A DNA stretch of 64,000 nucleotides from a virus (taxonomy: Duplodnaviria > Caudoviricetes). Shown here piece by piece: positions 30,201-41,100 of this stretch. Both the position numbers and the translations under genes were made by a program. The stretch covers positions 32,001-96,000 of IMG/VR virus record IMGVR_UViG_3300021431_000081. One strand, written 5' to 3'. The notes below the pieces were generated by a model. That model was not told the origin of the DNA and did no database searches. It was given only the letters and a program-made list of their open reading frames with translations. Each line of letters begins with the position of its first letter. Position 1 is the first letter of the stretch.

Positions 30201-33200
30201 CTAATCCTCCTTGTATTCATTCAATTGTCTTCTTAAATCAGTTATTTCCTTCTGGAGATAGGAGATCTCCTCAGTCATCTCTTGGAATGCTTTTACGAAA
30301 TAACCTGATAAGTAGAAATCGTTTATAGTTTTTATATTCATATTTCCCTCTTCATCATAACCGCCACCAACTACAAAATCGGAATCAATAGCTTCGATCT
30401 CATCCGCAATCATACCGATCTTCTGATGTTGTTTTGTGGATTTCCAGTCAAATGAATGAAGAGGAATTTGATTTATTACATTAAGTGCAGAGGAAACCTC
30501 TGTGTTTTTTATATTAGTTTTAAGACGGACATCTGAAGTGGAAGATGCTAAAGTATAAGAAGTGTAGCTGCCAAAGACAGGTGGAGTTGAACTGGCATTT
30601 TCAACTGATTGTCCATATACTTCTACGTTTCCTTCTTTACTAATCCTTATAACTGCAACTTTGCCTTTACTCGATGATCCTGTTGTTCCAATTGGAGTAT
30701 AATCAGAATTATCACTGGCAGTTATACTTACCGATCCTAAAGCTAGTTTATTAGTACCATGACTTATTGTATTTAATGTAATACTTTGTGTAACAATCGT
30801 TTCTGCACTCATTCTACCCGCACGAATAATTGGTGCTTCGACAGTGCGATTTGCAAAAAAATCATTGGAACAGTATACTTGATATACATTTAAATTTAAT
30901 CGTGGTTGTTTAGTTACAATAGGCATGGCGGCCTTATCCACTTGGCCTGTAATAGGGGAATAATCATATGCTTGGATATAATGATAATTATCATAAACAT
31001 ATTGAATCGTAGCATCTTTAACTGATAAAGAATCTGGAACCGTTGAATTTTTTATAGTAATTGTTTCATCTATTTCCAAACTTGTAGCTGATATTCCACC
31101 ATTAAAAGTTCCTGACGTAACATTTACTTCTTCTAAAGTCGCACCCTTTGCTTTTAATTTACCATTATTAGTTACAAGAAAAGCAGATTTTTTAACAATA
31201 TTGCCACCAGGTGCAGTTGTACATCCCGCATAAAAAGCTGCTTTTGTAGCATCTCCACCTATCGCTTGTATTCCCACTCTATAATGATTGACCTCATCAT
31301 AAAATTCAATTCGTCTACCATCATCAGTACTTGATGCATTCTCAGGAATAATAGTCCATCCTGCAATATTACCACCTTGTGTTGCATTGATCGTTCCTTC
31401 AAAATATCCATCTGTAGCATACAATTTACCTTTATTATCTACTTGGAAAGTACAATGCTTGGTGGTACTGCTATAAGGACCTAAGTAAATGCCGTCTTTA
31501 CAAAGATGCACACCATCAACAGTGGATGTAGTTAAAATCTTACCATTGGTATATAAACAGCCGTCTTTAATAGTAAATCCACCAACCATGCCTGACGTTG
31601 AATAAAGTTCTCCATGGATTATTGCATTATTTGCTTCTAACAAGCCATTATTACTTATTTTAGAATAAGTAACATTTAAACCGGGATCAGTAGTGGATAC
31701 AGTGCCGTCTTCTAAAATATAAACATTTTTCTTTAAATAATTATCTATACCAGTAACCTTATCCGTACTTAACCCAGTTACTGTACTATTCTGTTCAAGC
31801 GTTAATGAAGTGGCATTAATATGACCTTCTATATAAAGATCGCCTTGATCATTTAATTGTAAAAGAGTTTTATTTCCTGCCGTCATGGTTAATAATCTAT
31901 CACTCTTAGGATGTACCGAAAAAGTATTAACGTTATTAGTTACTTCAAGGCCATAATCATTCATAACTAATGATGCATCATCATTGAATATCTTAAGATT
32001 TTCACCTAAAATAAGCTGACCGACAACGGTCTTGGCTATGACTCCATAGTCATCTATATAATGTTTACTGAACGGATCGTAATATGTGAATGCACCAATA
32101 GCTGCATCAATGGTATTCCATGAATCACTGGTAGTATACAGACCAGAATTAAGTATTCTTAACTGACCTGGTTTATATCTGTCTTCCTCATCTACATAAG
32201 CTTTTGCCCAGAGTCCTGTTTCATCAAAGGTTACTTCCTGTGTGTATGGATTGTTCAAGTACCGAATCTTAGTAGCATCCAGTCCTTCTTGCACCCAGGA
32301 TCTTACATCCTTGGAGATGGCTGAATTCTGTCGTACTTGCTGTGCAAAAGAAGAGTAAGAACCCGCAATACTACCTGCAGCATTAAGGACAGACTGAATA
32401 TCAGATGCTCCACTCCATAATTGCTCTACTGTGGAAAATTCCACTGCCAGTTCTGTCTGATCATTAAAATCTATTTCATAGGAAAGTAGTCGCAGATTAT
32501 AGATCTTATCCATTGCTTGCATATGTATCCAGTTACCTACTTCGAATTCATCCATAATAGGTTGGAATTCAGGAATGTTTAACAGATTATATAAGTTCCC
32601 AGATACTTCATACTGTAAATGAGAGGCTTTAAATAACTCTTTCTGAGCCTGATCTATAAAGTCTTCTGCTCTGGCAATAACTTCTCCATTATCCAGTCCT
32701 TCTGCGACATAATGATCATTGGAGTAAGTATCCTCTCTGCGATAGTTGCAGAATACCTTCCAGAGATTTTCACCTAAGTAACTGGCAAAATTAAGAATAG
32801 ATTGAGTATCTTCCCGGTATTGTTCCAGAACACGGCGAATAGCTAATATAGCAATATACTGTTGTTCCCTCTGAGCAATAGCATTATCAATAGCAGTTCT
32901 GCGTTCCAAATAATACTCACTGTATATTCTCTGGATATCCTGACTGGCTTTTAACAACACACCCTGTACATCTACATAAGCAGGTCGTACAATATTCATC
33001 AGATAGTTTAAAGAATAATGCTCCAGATTCGTCTTGAACTTATTTAAGTTAGCTACTCTGTCGTTATAGTTCAATTTTTCGGGATTATCAAAATCTGAAG
33101 TATCAAACAGAGATACAATTTTTGCATCTTTTCTATCTATTAATTTCTGCACAGACTGCTTTATATAAGTGCATTCATCTCCTGTAACTTTAGTAGTGAC

Positions 33201-34970
33201 TACTTCAGTATAAAGAATATGATCTCTTTCATCTATGGTATTTTTATAGCCAATGGTAGCTATAATAAACTTGCCTGTCCAAATACCATAACTGTTCTCA
33301 TCCTCTGCAGGTATCCAAGTATTATCTGATTCTTCATCAATACTAATATCATACACACCAGTATTACATAAACACTTTGCCAATTGAATGATGGCGCTGT
33401 TTACTACTGATATGGATGATGTGGTAGGATCCGTAACTGCAATCTCACCAAAATTCTTTGGATCTGTTAATATAGTAGCTGTGTCTTCCAACGAATCATT
33501 ATTAGTCACTACATCAGGAACCATGGAGTCCAGTACGAACTCCTCTATATCCAATGTGTTATAATAGATTTCTGCCAGAGTTTGGTAACCTACACATGTC
33601 TCATCTAACTTCTTCCAAGCACCAATAGTGTCTTCTTCAAAGTGTCCTGAAATAAAATCTATAAAATCATTGTACTGTGATCTGTAATAGGAAAGAGGTT
33701 TTTTGTTGTTATTGATGATCTCCTCATAATGCGTAGGAGTAGCTGTTCGAACGTATACTTCGAAATTATGATTCAGATTATAGATGCCCTTGTCCTCTTC
33801 AAGATCACCTTTATAATACTTCTGATATTCAGTATTATAATCGTTTAATCTTTCCACCAAGTCTTCGGGCATTTCCATTAATTGTTCATCAGAATATTGA
33901 TAAATGTAAGCACTGCCATTCGGATTCTGGTTGATGATGGCAGCGGTCATCAGATCATCTCCACCTTCCATTCGAAAACAGTTTTTCAGTTCATCCTTGT
34001 TAGTGGATACCGTAGCAGAGGATAGAAGATTATCATGAGAGACCAATATCTTAGTATCCTTGCCATAACCATTAATTACATGAGTGCTTCCACAATAAGG
34101 ACATTTATCCCTAAAGTCTCCACGATATCTGGTAAGAATATTCCGTCTTTTTTTCATATCCAAACGATAATCACATTCATCATTCTGACAAACGCTATAT
34201 AAATCATAAGCGGATACTGTCCGATCTACTGAATCAAATTTGAACCAAACATGATATTGTTCTGCTACATCCCCTGTAAGGACGGAATATATATCTTCAT
34301 CATCAATAGCAAACTGATACCAGTCCGTTAAGTTGTATAATGTCTCATCTACATGTTTTATCTTGTAATTTTCTGCTTTATCTAATAATCTGTGAAGTAA
34401 GGAGACATGCTTCATACGTTTATAATCAGTTAACAAAAAGTTATACTGTGACAGATAACCTGCATAAGCACCTGTATCAATATCATCACGAGCCATTTCC
34501 GCTTTTAATGCCTCCATCTGTCTTTCATACTCAGACAGATCTCTGCAAAACACTGTATGGTATTCTGCGTCCCATTCTGGATCATATTCCATTTCGAAAT
34601 CAGTGTTGATCTCCAGATCATATAACTTAGTATTTGCCAATTCTGTTTCAGCCAAACCAGTGGCAGTAATACTTTTATATGTTCCGTCTTGTCCCTCATC
34701 ATAATTGACTTCAATTTCAAAATATTCGCCACGATCCCCTAATTCAGGAACGAACAGAACATTAAAGTTGTTAATACGATCCCAATAGGTATTGTATGCT
34801 CCATCTTTATATCTATGTACCGTAAAAGATATTTCATCTGGTTCATTAAAACTGTGTTTGTATTTAACATCAGAAGCATGTATAGCACCAATTATGGTAT
34901 AGTCTTTTCTGGCCAGAAAAAATGATAAAGGCTTTACATACTGGTTATCTATAAATGAAAGATTCGCCAT
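30201..34970 (-). CDS. Tail tip/minor structural (Tal/hub-like) protein with C-terminal S74 chaperone
   Basis: Directly after the tape measure; N-terminal EISFTV...YFEI, F.VGNWIH...LRLLSYEIDF; C-terminal SDVRLKTNI...DWK...G.IADE. Confidence 0.75.
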   Translation of the reverse strand: MANLSFIDNQYVKPLSFFLARKDYTIIGAIHASDVKYKHSFNEPDEISFTVHRYKDGAYNTYWDRINNFNVLFVPELGDRGEYFEIEVNYDEGQDGTYKSITATGLAETELANTKLYDLEINTDFEMEYDPEWDAEYHTVFCRDLSEYERQMEALKAEMARDDIDTGAYAGYLSQYNFLLTDYKRMKHVSLLHRLLDKAENYKIKHVDETLYNLTDWYQFAIDDEDIYSVLTGDVAEQYHVWFKFDSVDRTVSAYDLYSVCQNDECDYRLDMKKRRNILTRYRGDFRDKCPYCGSTHVINGYGKDTKILVSHDNLLSSATVSTNKDELKNCFRMEGGDDLMTAAIINQNPNGSAYIYQYSDEQLMEMPEDLVERLNDYNTEYQKYYKGDLEEDKGIYNLNHNFEVYVRTATPTHYEEIINNNKKPLSYYRSQYNDFIDFISGHFEEDTIGAWKKLDETCVGYQTLAEIYYNTLDIEEFVLDSMVPDVVTNNDSLEDTATILTDPKNFGEIAVTDPTTSSISVVNSAIIQLAKCLCNTGVYDISIDEESDNTWIPAEDENSYGIWTGKFIIATIGYKNTIDERDHILYTEVVTTKVTGDECTYIKQSVQKLIDRKDAKIVSLFDTSDFDNPEKLNYNDRVANLNKFKTNLEHYSLNYLMNIVRPAYVDVQGVLLKASQDIQRIYSEYYLERRTAIDNAIAQREQQYIAILAIRRVLEQYREDTQSILNFASYLGENLWKVFCNYRREDTYSNDHYVAEGLDNGEVIARAEDFIDQAQKELFKASHLQYEVSGNLYNLLNIPEFQPIMDEFEVGNWIHMQAMDKIYNLRLLSYEIDFNDQTELAVEFSTVEQLWSGASDIQSVLNAAGSIAGSYSSFAQQVRQNSAISKDVRSWVQEGLDATKIRYLNNPYTQEVTFDETGLWAKAYVDEEDRYKPGQLRILNSGLYTTSDSWNTIDAAIGAFTYYDPFSKHYIDDYGVIAKTVVGQLILGENLKIFNDDASLVMNDYGLEVTNNVNTFSVHPKSDRLLTMTAGNKTLLQLNDQGDLYIEGHINATSLTLEQNSTVTGLSTDKVTGIDNYLKKNVYILEDGTVSTTDPGLNVTYSKISNNGLLEANNAIIHGELYSTSGMVGGFTIKDGCLYTNGKILTTSTVDGVHLCKDGIYLGPYSSTTKHCTFQVDNKGKLYATDGYFEGTINATQGGNIAGWTIIPENASSTDDGRRIEFYDEVNHYRVGIQAIGGDATKAAFYAGCTTAPGGNIVKKSAFLVTNNGKLKAKGATLEEVNVTSGTFNGGISATSLEIDETITIKNSTVPDSLSVKDATIQYVYDNYHYIQAYDYSPITGQVDKAAMPIVTKQPRLNLNVYQVYCSNDFFANRTVEAPIIRAGRMSAETIVTQSITLNTISHGTNKLALGSVSITASDNSDYTPIGTTGSSSKGKVAVIRISKEGNVEVYGQSVENASSTPPVFGSYTSYTLASSTSDVRLKTNIKNTEVSSALNVINQIPLHSFDWKSTKQHQKIGMIADEIEAIDSDFVVGGGYDEEGNMNIKTINDFYLSGYFVKAFQEMTEEISYLQKEITDLRRQLNEYKED

Positions 34971-35004
34971 TATCTCCCTCCTTTCTATGTGTTATTCAGG
35001 TGTA

Positions 35005-35070
35005 TAAAAAAATACACCCTATAAGGTATAAATATGAGATATAACTCATACTCATACCTTATAAGGTGTA
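35005..35070 (-). terminator. Very long terminator hairpin (about 26 bp) with U7
   Basis: UACACCUUAUAAGGUAUGAGUAUGAG-UUAUAU-CUCAUAUUUAUACCUUAUAGGGUGUA then UUUUUUU; G.U pairs form only on the minus strand. Confidence 0.8.
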
Positions 35071-35112
35071 AAACAAATTCAGCCCATGAGAATATCATGG
35101 ACTGAATTTGTT
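35069..35112 (-). terminator. Terminator directly after the tape-measure stop (first of a tandem pair)
   Basis: AACAAAUUCAGUCCAUGA-UAUUC-UCAUGGGCUGAAUUUGUU then UU. Confidence 0.75.
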
Positions 35113-35121
35113 AATGAAAAA

Positions 35122-38100
35122 TCACGCATACTTATACTTACTCATAGAGTTCTTACCTAATACTGCACCCAGTGTCATATCCTGTACCGCATTCTGGAAG
35201 TTACGATCAGCTACAAGAGCGGACTTGAACTCATCATAATTCTTCACATTAGGAAGTGTGATACTTAACTGAATAGTAGTATTCGGTGAGAGAGTAGTAT
35301 TGGTGGTATTATTGATGACAGGTTGAGATCCGAAAGACTTAGCAAACATATCGGGAATATTCATTTTCGCTAATTTCCAGAGATTATCTGTCATTTCAGC
35401 ATTAAATACCGCATCACCTCTACCAAGAGGAGTAAGGATAGCACCATCAGACTTACGGATAATAGTCTCAAGACCCTTTTCCTGAGTCCAAGCATTCAGA
35501 TCAGTAGGAACTGACTTAATACCTGTGACATAATGCCATCTTGCATGATAAGCATCGGAATTTTCTTTCGCTTTATGATAGGCATCTTGTGCTTCATCAA
35601 ATCTGGTTTTAGCATTTGCAAACTGTACTTCCAATCTGTTTAATTGACGCTCTAACTCTTGTATTTCTCTTTCTTTGTTTTCGTAGTTCTGTTTCGCTTT
35701 TAATGCTTCTTCAGATAATTGTCCTACCCTTGATTGACCTTTATATTTAGTAAATTTACTACGTTCCTCTTGCCGTTCTTTGTTTAACTGAGAAATATTA
35801 CGTTTAGTCTCAGCGATTTGTTCATTTAAAGTATTAAAATTGGAATATGCCTCATCTACTGTTTTCTTTGCTTGTTTAGTTTTACTATCCTTATCAATGG
35901 TATTCATCTTTTTAGATAAATTCTTCACCGTTGTAACAGTAGTATCATCTAAAGCGTCTTTTTCTTCTTGAGACATTCCTTTATACTCTTTAATAATGGA
36001 TCTAACAGCATCGTAATCCTTTGCCTTTAAATCTTTTTCTTTGCCAACATATCCAGAGACTTTTTCTCTAAAAGCTGCTTTTGCCTGTTCTTCAGGCTGA
36101 CGGGCTGCATCATCTATTACAGATTTTACGGCAGCTTCAATACGATTTTGTAAAGAACCGTTTTCTTTTAAAGCACCAACAAGATTATCAGTGATATTTT
36201 TATCTACTTGTTTCAAAGTGTTAACAGTATCTGTTGCGTTACTACTTACACCAAGTGCATCAATTTTATCAGCAAGTAAATCTTGCATCTTTAAAAGAAC
36301 TTTATCACGATTTTTCAGATACCTATCGATCCATTCTTGGAAATTAGCAGACAAATCATCCAACATCTTTTGGGCATCAGATAAGTACTTACTATATTCC
36401 GCATCCCGGAGATCCTGTCTGGCATCCTTAATATCTTTCTGGAGTTTCTGGATCTTGGATACAGACTCCTCAGAGGTATTATTCTGCCAAGCAGCTAACT
36501 GTTTCTCCAGATTGGTAATGTTATTAGCTTTTTCAGTAATCTGCTTCTGATAATCATAGGCTTCTTTCTCGGCGTTCTTTAATTCTTTATACTTACTAAT
36601 TGTATTATTCAGAGCAGTAAGCTGTGCTTCATAACCTTGACGAGCCAAATCAATAACTGCCTGTTTAGCGGCTTCCGCAGCTTCCATAGATCCCCAATAA
36701 GCATCTTGCAATTCATTCATACGATCAATTACTTCTTGATTTGTAGGATCTAGTTCATTTTTAGGATCATTGATCTTTTTGACCAAAAGATTATACTCAT
36801 GTAAATACTGTTGCGCTTCCGCAAGATTCGCTTTATAATCCGTATTCTTCAGATCCAAAGCAGCCATACCATATTGAGTAATATTGCCTTGATTATCTGT
36901 ATCAAAGAACTGTTCATTGGAAATCAGATTATAATAATGATCAATCTCAGAGTTAAGACGCTTCGCACGTTCAATACCATCATCAAATTTCTGCCAGTTA
37001 AGCTTCTCCATAGCCATAGCTTGCTCATGAATATCCAGATTCAATTCTTCAATAGAATCTTCCAATTCAGCTATGATTTGTTTCGCTTCAAACCATTCAT
37101 CAGAACCTACAGTTAAGTCCTTAAGAAGTTTTTGCTGTTTTGCTAATTCTGCATTATATTCAGCAAGCATAGAAACATCTTGACGAATAATGTTCTTATA
37201 ATCATTACGTTGAGCATAATGACCATAAGCCTCTGCTGCATCAATACGTTGCTGTGCTTTTGTTTTACGGCGATCATATTTATAACGATCTTTTTCACCC
37301 TGATTCTGGACATTCTTCATCTTCTGAAGTCTGCGTTGTTCATTCTCTTTTCTAATGGTTTCTTTATTGATTTCTGCTTGTGCTTTGGCCTCACGTCCCT
37401 GTTCAATTGCTTCATTATAACTCAAGCAAGCTTCTAAGAAGGAAGCCTGAATATAACCCGCATTTACCAATTCTGCAATTTCACCAATAGTATCCCCATC
37501 AATAGCCACTTTTGCTTTAATATTCTTTTGAACTTTTGTTAAAGCTTTCTCTACACGAGATTTGACTTTCTTATTTTCATTTGCGTCATATTTCTCTGTA
37601 GTTGCATTACCTTTCTTTAACGTGGTTTTTATTTTTGTGGCGTTCTCTTTCCTAAGCTTTGCAAATTTTTCAACTTTCGCCCGATCATTCTTTTTCTGTG
37701 CTTCCGCAATTTTAATTTGCTCATCAATTAATTTGTTTTGACCATCAGCTGTTGTTTTATTTTCAATTTGTTTATCACGAAGATTGATTTTATTTTGTAA
37801 TCGCTCATTTTTGTTATCATACATTTGAGCGTAATTCTGATAGATCTGTTGAATGTTTTCAGCAACCGCCAACATTTCTTCCATTTTTGCATCTTCGAAA
37901 TTTTGCAACGTCTGATTATAAACAACCAATTGAGCTGCCAATTGAGGATTCTTTTTCTCAATATAGCTAATATCTTTTTCTTTGACGGGTTTATTGTGAT
38001 CCATCGCAGTTTTTATACGTTTTAATACTGTTTGATATTCTTTATGAGACTTTTTAACAGTTCCATTTTTAACCCGTTCTTTTTCTAGTTTAGCTTCTTC

Positions 38101-41100
38101 CTTTGCTAATAAAGGATCAAGTTCAATCGATACTTCTTTTGACGCTTCTTCAAAATCTTGAAGATTCTCTTGAGTGGCTTTTCTATGAATTCTAATTTGC
38201 TTTCTTCTTTGACGATTTTCATAACGAAGTCTGCCGTTAGAGTATTGATAAGCATTATCAGTTCTTGCTTCAAAGTTGCTTTGAGCAATTTGAATGAAGT
38301 TATCAGATAAACTAACTCCCGCATCACGTTGTGCATCATGAACTTCTTTTAATGATTTGGCATATTCACGAGCCTGGGCCTGAAGTTCTTGAAGGGCATT
38401 CTTAGCTTCAATAGCCTTATCAATCCATTCTTGAGTACCTTCAATTACTTTACGGGTATCTTCATCATAGCTATTGATATCAATTTCACCATTAAGAATT
38501 TTATCCCATAATGCATCTTGATTTTCTTTGGTTTTTTTAGGTATGCCCTTTTGGTTCATTCCCTTTTTGAAAACTTCTTCAGCTTGGGCATAGTATTTAT
38601 CATATGCTGCATCTTCATTGCCTATTTGCTCATATATTTTTTCTAAAGCATCTTTGTACTTTTTCTCTGATAAACCATATGCCATACGGTCAAGGAATTC
38701 TTCAGCGAGAGAGGAGAGTTGATCAATCTTAGTTTGAACACGCTCTATGCGGATTTCAATCCAATCAAAAAGTTTATCGAGGTATTTATCAAAGGCATCG
38801 GTCTTATCTTTCTTTTTGGTGGTGGTTGAACGTTTTCCATCGCCGTTACCGCCACTGCCTTTACGCCTTCCACCGTTGCCATTACCGTCACCATCTTTAC
38901 TATCTTTTTTAGGCTTCCGTTTAGTATTTACAGGTTCAATATTAACATCACCATTAATAATAATAGTACCATTATTACCCAATGTCTTATTTAAAGAATC
39001 TAAACCAGTAGAACCACCTGCATAAGCTACTCCACGAGAATTTATAGAACCATATTTAAACAGTTCTTCTGTTTGTTTATGGTTGAAAATAATATCGCCT
39101 TTTTTAACGTCTCTGAATTCAGCACCAGATTCGCCCAGTAAATCCCATTTAGTACCACGTACACGGAGTTCTGGGCCGAGTTCACCTACAAGAGAGGGTT
39201 CTGTTTTCTTAGCACCTATTGTACCTGATGCAAATGCGTTACCTTTAAATAATGAAAAATGAGCATTGCCTTTATATGAACCTGGTCCATCACCATTACC
39301 ATTACTATTTTCACGGTTAATTTTAATTTTAATATTAACAGTACGATTCATTTTATTTAATTCGCTGTTAATATTAGATAAAACTGTTTTGGTTGAATTT
39401 GCTTCACTATGCAAAGATCCTAACACTTTGCTACCACTAACAGAAACACCATTAATACTATTAATAGTATTTTTAGCAGTACGTGCCTCAGAAGAAATAT
39501 TCTTTTCTTTAGAAGCTACCCCTTCAAGATTTCCACTTATAGAACTCAGACTAACATCATTAATTTTTCCAACGTCATTAACACTTGTATTGGCTTCTTC
39601 AGAAATATGTGTTATACCTTCATCAAAATTAGTAGTATCTAAGGTGGCTTTATATTCAATAACTGTTTCTGTAGTTGTAGTTTCTTGTTTTGGTGCTTCT
39701 CCACCATCACCATTCGGACCTTTTTGCTCCCGCTTATGAAGCTTTTTAGTATTGGTATTAACTTGTTGCCCACTTTGGTTTAATGCGGTTGAGGTTGTCA
39801 ATCGCCCCATTGTTTGTTCTATCGTTGTTAAATTAGTGAGAAGTTGGTCAGAACCTAATGTACCTATTGTATAAGAATTAATAGTTGTAATTGCTTCACC
39901 CAAATTTTGTGCTGCAGAAGCAGATTCTTCACTTATAGTCGTATTAAGATCTTTAATTGCTTGTTGAGCCTTTTTCGTATTTAATCTATCAGCTTCTTCT
40001 TGTATTTGCTCAAAGGTTGTTTTTCCGCTTTCCCCTAATGATTTTATTGCTGTAGAAGAAGTAGTAAGATCTATATTATTAAATAGCGCACTTAATTGAC
40101 CATTTGAAAGCTGATTCATTTCTCGTAAATCGCCAACAATACCTTCAATTTGTTCTCGTGCCTTTTGTCCTGCAGTACGATCCCCAGTTGCTTCAGCAAT
40201 TTTATATGCTTGCGCTGCAGCGCTAAGTTCATTAATTTTTGCAGCAAAATCTTTTTCTGCTCCCTCTTCCATACCAGAGATATCAATTACATATGTCTGG
40301 TTGGTCAGGGCAGCTAATTGTGCTTGTGTATTTTTAATTAATTCATTAAGCGCTTCTAAAGACGCCTGACCATTTTCGGTATCAATAAAATCGCCATTTT
40401 CGTCATATAACGCTTTTTTTGCTTCTTCTAACTTATTTAATGCAACGGTAGCATCAACAGCATTATCATACTCAAGATCAAAATCAATTTGATCATCCTT
40501 CTCAAGACCTTTATTTACAGTTTCTTTTAATTCCTCTAACTCTTCAGGAGTCTTAAAACTATCAACTGCAATTTTATATAATTCTATTTGACGGTTAGCA
40601 TCGGCTATTGCGTTAGTGTATTGATTCCATAATTCAGAATTTTCTTCTATCTCTCCACTATTAAGACGCTCATTCATTTCATCAATAGATTTACTAAGCT
40701 CATCTATAGTAGTCGGCGCTCCATCTAAAGGATCAAGAAGATCATAAGTTACTCCTGCATCAAGCATTGATTTCACCAATTCACTCGATACAGAGAATCC
40801 TTCTTTTCCTAATACATTTTGCATATAATCTGATATCGCTGCAGCAATCATTCCTTCGTCTCCAACAGCAAAATTCAAATCACCATTTTCGTCAAAGAAA
40901 CGCTCCATTCCTGCTTGATGTAATGCTTTTTCCGTCATGTCAAGAAAATCATTTACACCTTCGTTATCATTAGTCATGTATTTTTTAATAAAGTCCGCAA
41001 TATTCTTTTTTTGCCCATAGACTTTATCACCATTCATAGACTGACCCGTGATCATTTCCATATATGCAAGGACTTCAGGATCTGCCCAACGTTCATTGTC

